The position numbers were made by a program, and so were the translations under genes. From NCBI RefSeq assembly GCF_000315625.1, contig NW_005434542.1:120087-184086 (forward strand): a stretch of DNA of 64,000 nucleotides, read 5' to 3'. Below, in pieces: positions 60,988 through 64,000 of the stretch; the first letter of the stretch is position 1; each line of letters starts with the position of its first letter. The notes below the pieces were generated by a model. It ran no database searches, had not been told where the DNA came from, and saw nothing but the letters and a program-made list of their open reading frames with translations. Source of the DNA: Guillardia theta CCMP2712. Its lineage: Eukaryota; Protista; Cryptophyta.

Positions 60988-62216
60988 GCGCCCGCGCTCG
61001 GGGTCGGACGTCCGCGTCGGAGTAGATGAAACGTCTCGTCAAACATTGAGAGGCATGTAGGGGGATGAGGGCGATAAAACTTTCCGCCGCTCATGCCATG
61101 CCATGCCATGATGGCCGACTACGCCGTGACTCGGACTACAATCAACCGGGGGGCGACCGGCGCGGAGCGGCCCGCGGCGGGCTCCGGGTCTCCGATGATC
61201 ACTGAGTGCTAGAGTGCACTTTCTGTCGGCGATGAACTTGAAATTTCGGGTCGCGCCGGGCCCCCCCGGGCACGCGCCGTTGCCAAGTTGGCGGGCTAGG
61301 CCCGGCGGCGGCGGCAGTGAATCATCAGGACAGTCCTAGTCACGCCCGGCCGGTCCGAGACCCGGCCGGGCCCGGTCCCGAGTCCGCCGCTCTCAGCAGA
61401 GTCACGGCGCCCGTGACTCGGATGCTTTCAAGCCTGTTTAAAAATCAGTCGGGGAGGACGGATTGAATCACCGGGAGAGTAGAGGAGGCTTGACCCTAAC
61501 CGTGTGACTGCCGCACAGGCCATACGGAGAGAAGAGAAAAAGAAACTTCTAGTAGCGGCGAGAATCAACCCACTTCCGCGGAACTTGATGCGGCGGCCAC
61601 TGGCACTGAGGCGGTGGCAGCGCCCGGCGGAAGGACAGGGAGGCCTTGAGAGACGTCTTGCGAGGCCGAGAGACCATCCAGCGCTGCCGTTTCGTTCATT
61701 GTTCGCCGAGCGATCCGGCGCCAGCCACCGGCGGACAGAAACCGTGACTGACTCGTGACACTGGCAAGTGACTGAGTGACGTCCTGCCATGATTCGGTGC
61801 GCCAGGGGCGGGCCTGAAAGGATTTTTCAACTAAAAAAAATGATGATAACCGGGGTAGGGTTCAGACAAAATAGAGGACTGAATTCCTCTACTACATGAA
61901 AGTTAGGAGCGAAATGTTATAGTGCCACTCTAAGCTGAAATGGCCAAGTGGTTATGATGAGGACTACAGGTGTGGGGTCACATCCAAAGAGCAACAAAAG
62001 GAAGGAGGGGTAGTGTAATGACCACGACTGTTGCTCGACGATTAGCCTGATGGCGAGAAATCGCACCCGGTGACGAAGAAGGAGAGCAGGAGGACAAGAG
62101 GGAGGCAGTGTTTGCTTGCTACTGAGAGAGTTGCTGCTGGTGTGTGATCCAGTAGAGAGGAACAAAGACAAGCAGCAACGTGTTTGCTCGCGGAGCAAAC
62201 ACGTTGCGGTCTGAAG

Positions 62217-63959
62217 ATGGACGTACTGGACATCAACCCTGACTTTCGCACCGGGCATACCCCGCTGTCTCTCCAACGTAAGTCAAGTATTCAGCGAGAA
62301 GTGGAACGCTCAGATTCTTCAATAACAGCTGCGCCTACTATAAGTCCACCAGGAGCTTTGTTTCGACATCATGTCATCATCAACATGTCCTGTCCCACTC
62401 CGGCCGCAAGGATCTTTTACACTCTGGACGGGACCGAGCCGGGAACACAGTCGGCCCTCTATTGCGAGCCCATACTCCTTGAAGCGCCAGGAGCAACTCT
62501 AGTGATGGCATGTGCCATCAAGGCAGGACGCTACGTCAGTCAAACCTCCAAAGCCTTGTTTTCAAGAATCCAAGAGAGGCCTCAGTCGGTGAACGAAAGT
62601 CGAAGAGAGAAGGTGCCGCTCCTCCCTCGTCCAGCGACATCCATGGGGAACCCTACCCACGAATTCGCATTAGATCTGCGAGTGCACTCCCCGTCTGATC
62701 AACTTTGCCATGGAACCTCGAGCGGTGTTGCAGGAAGGAAACCACTGTCAGTTCGTTACCGAAAATTTTCTACAAGGAATAGCAACCATGAACTTAGAAA
62801 TGCTTTATCCTCATATCAATCCATATCAGATGGTTTTTTGACAAGACATCGAAGCTTGATGTACGCCCGTATGAAACAAGGCAATGACGAAGAGGTGAAG
62901 AGGACATTCGAAGATAATTTTGACTGCACAACACTGGAAACTCGTCTTGGTGACCATGTGGGAATGACCTCCTCTGATAGGCCAAGGGAATGGAGACTCA
63001 GACAACCAACAATAACATTCGCTGAGAGCAATCTGAAAAAGGAAACATCCTCAGAGCTCGATCTGAGTGCGAACGATATGAAAACTTTGCCAATCCTTCT
63101 ATGGGACGATGACGCTTTCGAGTCAGATGGAAGCAGCGATCAAGAGCATGACTTGACAAGAAAGTCAATGGCTAACATACCGATACAAACAGCCACCGAA
63201 TCTGCAAGTTATGGTTGGACTGAAATGCCTGACAAACAGAATGGGGAAAATAAAACAGAAGGCAATTTTGATGCTCATCATTTTGGAGAACTCGTAGAAA
63301 ACGGTAAGCTTGCACATTCGAAAGGCAACCTGAACAAAGCAGACAGCAAGGGAGATACGTCTGAACGAGAAGTCAAAACACTATACGCTAGTGGATCTGA
63401 CGTTGTCTCAGTGGATATAATGAATGAAAAATACGTCGACAGAAAGGAAAACATGATGCAGGACCAAGTTCAAAACTTAAATCATCTTGATCATCAACAG
63501 TTTCAGACTTTACGTCCAACAAAACACAAAGATGCACAGCATGAAAAAGTCACGAATGATATCACTCTTGAACCAATCAAAGAAGAAACACTATGTGAAG
63601 CAAAGTCTGATGTCGGAGACAATCATGAATTGCAATCAGATCCAAAACCACCTTCCAAAACATACCAATTCAACATCAAATCAAACTCCATACACAAGCC
63701 CGAAAAACAGTCAAAAATGAACGAAATAGGCGAAGAAATCAACAGGGAGGAGGAGGCCGGTACAGGCGCGGCCCCAGGCGGGGACGACGGAGGGGCAGAA
63801 GCAGGCGGCAGCGGGCAAGAGGAGGGCGGAGCGGAGGCGGGAGGAGAGCCGCCGCAGCAGGCGCCTGACGACGGGGCAGGGGCAGGGCAGGAGGGCGGGG
63901 AGGGCGGGGAGGGCGGGGAGGGCAGCAGCAGGGAGGAGGAGGCCGGATCATCTTGCTGA
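62217..63959 (+). CDS. Protein with an N-terminal Fn3-associated/chitobiase-C-like Ig domain and a long disordered tail
   Basis: APTISPPG...INMSCPTPAARIFYTLDGTEP...LYCEPILL...LVMACAIKAG. Confidence 0.7.
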   Translation: MDVLDINPDFRTGHTPLSLQRKSSIQREVERSDSSITAAPTISPPGALFRHHVIINMSCPTPAARIFYTLDGTEPGTQSALYCEPILLEAPGATLVMACAIKAGRYVSQTSKALFSRIQERPQSVNESRREKVPLLPRPATSMGNPTHEFALDLRVHSPSDQLCHGTSSGVAGRKPLSVRYRKFSTRNSNHELRNALSSYQSISDGFLTRHRSLMYARMKQGNDEEVKRTFEDNFDCTTLETRLGDHVGMTSSDRPREWRLRQPTITFAESNLKKETSSELDLSANDMKTLPILLWDDDAFESDGSSDQEHDLTRKSMANIPIQTATESASYGWTEMPDKQNGENKTEGNFDAHHFGELVENGKLAHSKGNLNKADSKGDTSEREVKTLYASGSDVVSVDIMNEKYVDRKENMMQDQVQNLNHLDHQQFQTLRPTKHKDAQHEKVTNDITLEPIKEETLCEAKSDVGDNHELQSDPKPPSKTYQFNIKSNSIHKPEKQSKMNEIGEEINREEEAGTGAAPGGDDGGAEAGGSGQEEGGAEAGGEPPQQAPDDGAGAGQEGGEGGEGGEGSSREEEAGSSC

Positions 63960-64000
63960 ATCCGTTCTGGCTCGAGCTGTCCTGGAGCTGCAGGATGTGT

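Overview
Eukaryotic nuclear DNA: gene-dense, with many short GT-AG introns that have TGAC/CTGAC branch points near the acceptor, microsatellite-filled introns and four N-gaps. A bipartite 'ARA-FAP' plastid presequence and the overall style suggest an alga with a red secondary plastid, most likely a cryptophyte such as Guillardia; this is inference. About 20 genes were reconstructed by hand, so exon boundaries are approximate. They are: two intronless LOV-like PAS genes, a CS-domain/cyclophilin fusion, SF3B6, a Sel1-like protein, a PDZ-C2-PDZ coiled-coil protein, a diverged tandem gene pair, a plastid METTL7-like methyltransferase, an ankyrin protein, a TerD/Rdx-like fusion, SIRT2-like and SIRT6-like sirtuins, a PstS-membrane fusion, an Sfi1-like repeat protein and others. 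Four signals stand out. (1) Ubiquitin-C-terminus mimics (LRLRGG, LNLRGG) end the presequences of two unrelated signal-peptide proteins. (2) A phosphate-binding PstS ectodomain is fused to a multi-pass membrane domain. (3) A stereotyped three-zone intergenic architecture occurs only upstream of genes. (4) An inverted 3' flank makes two paralogs mutually antisense.
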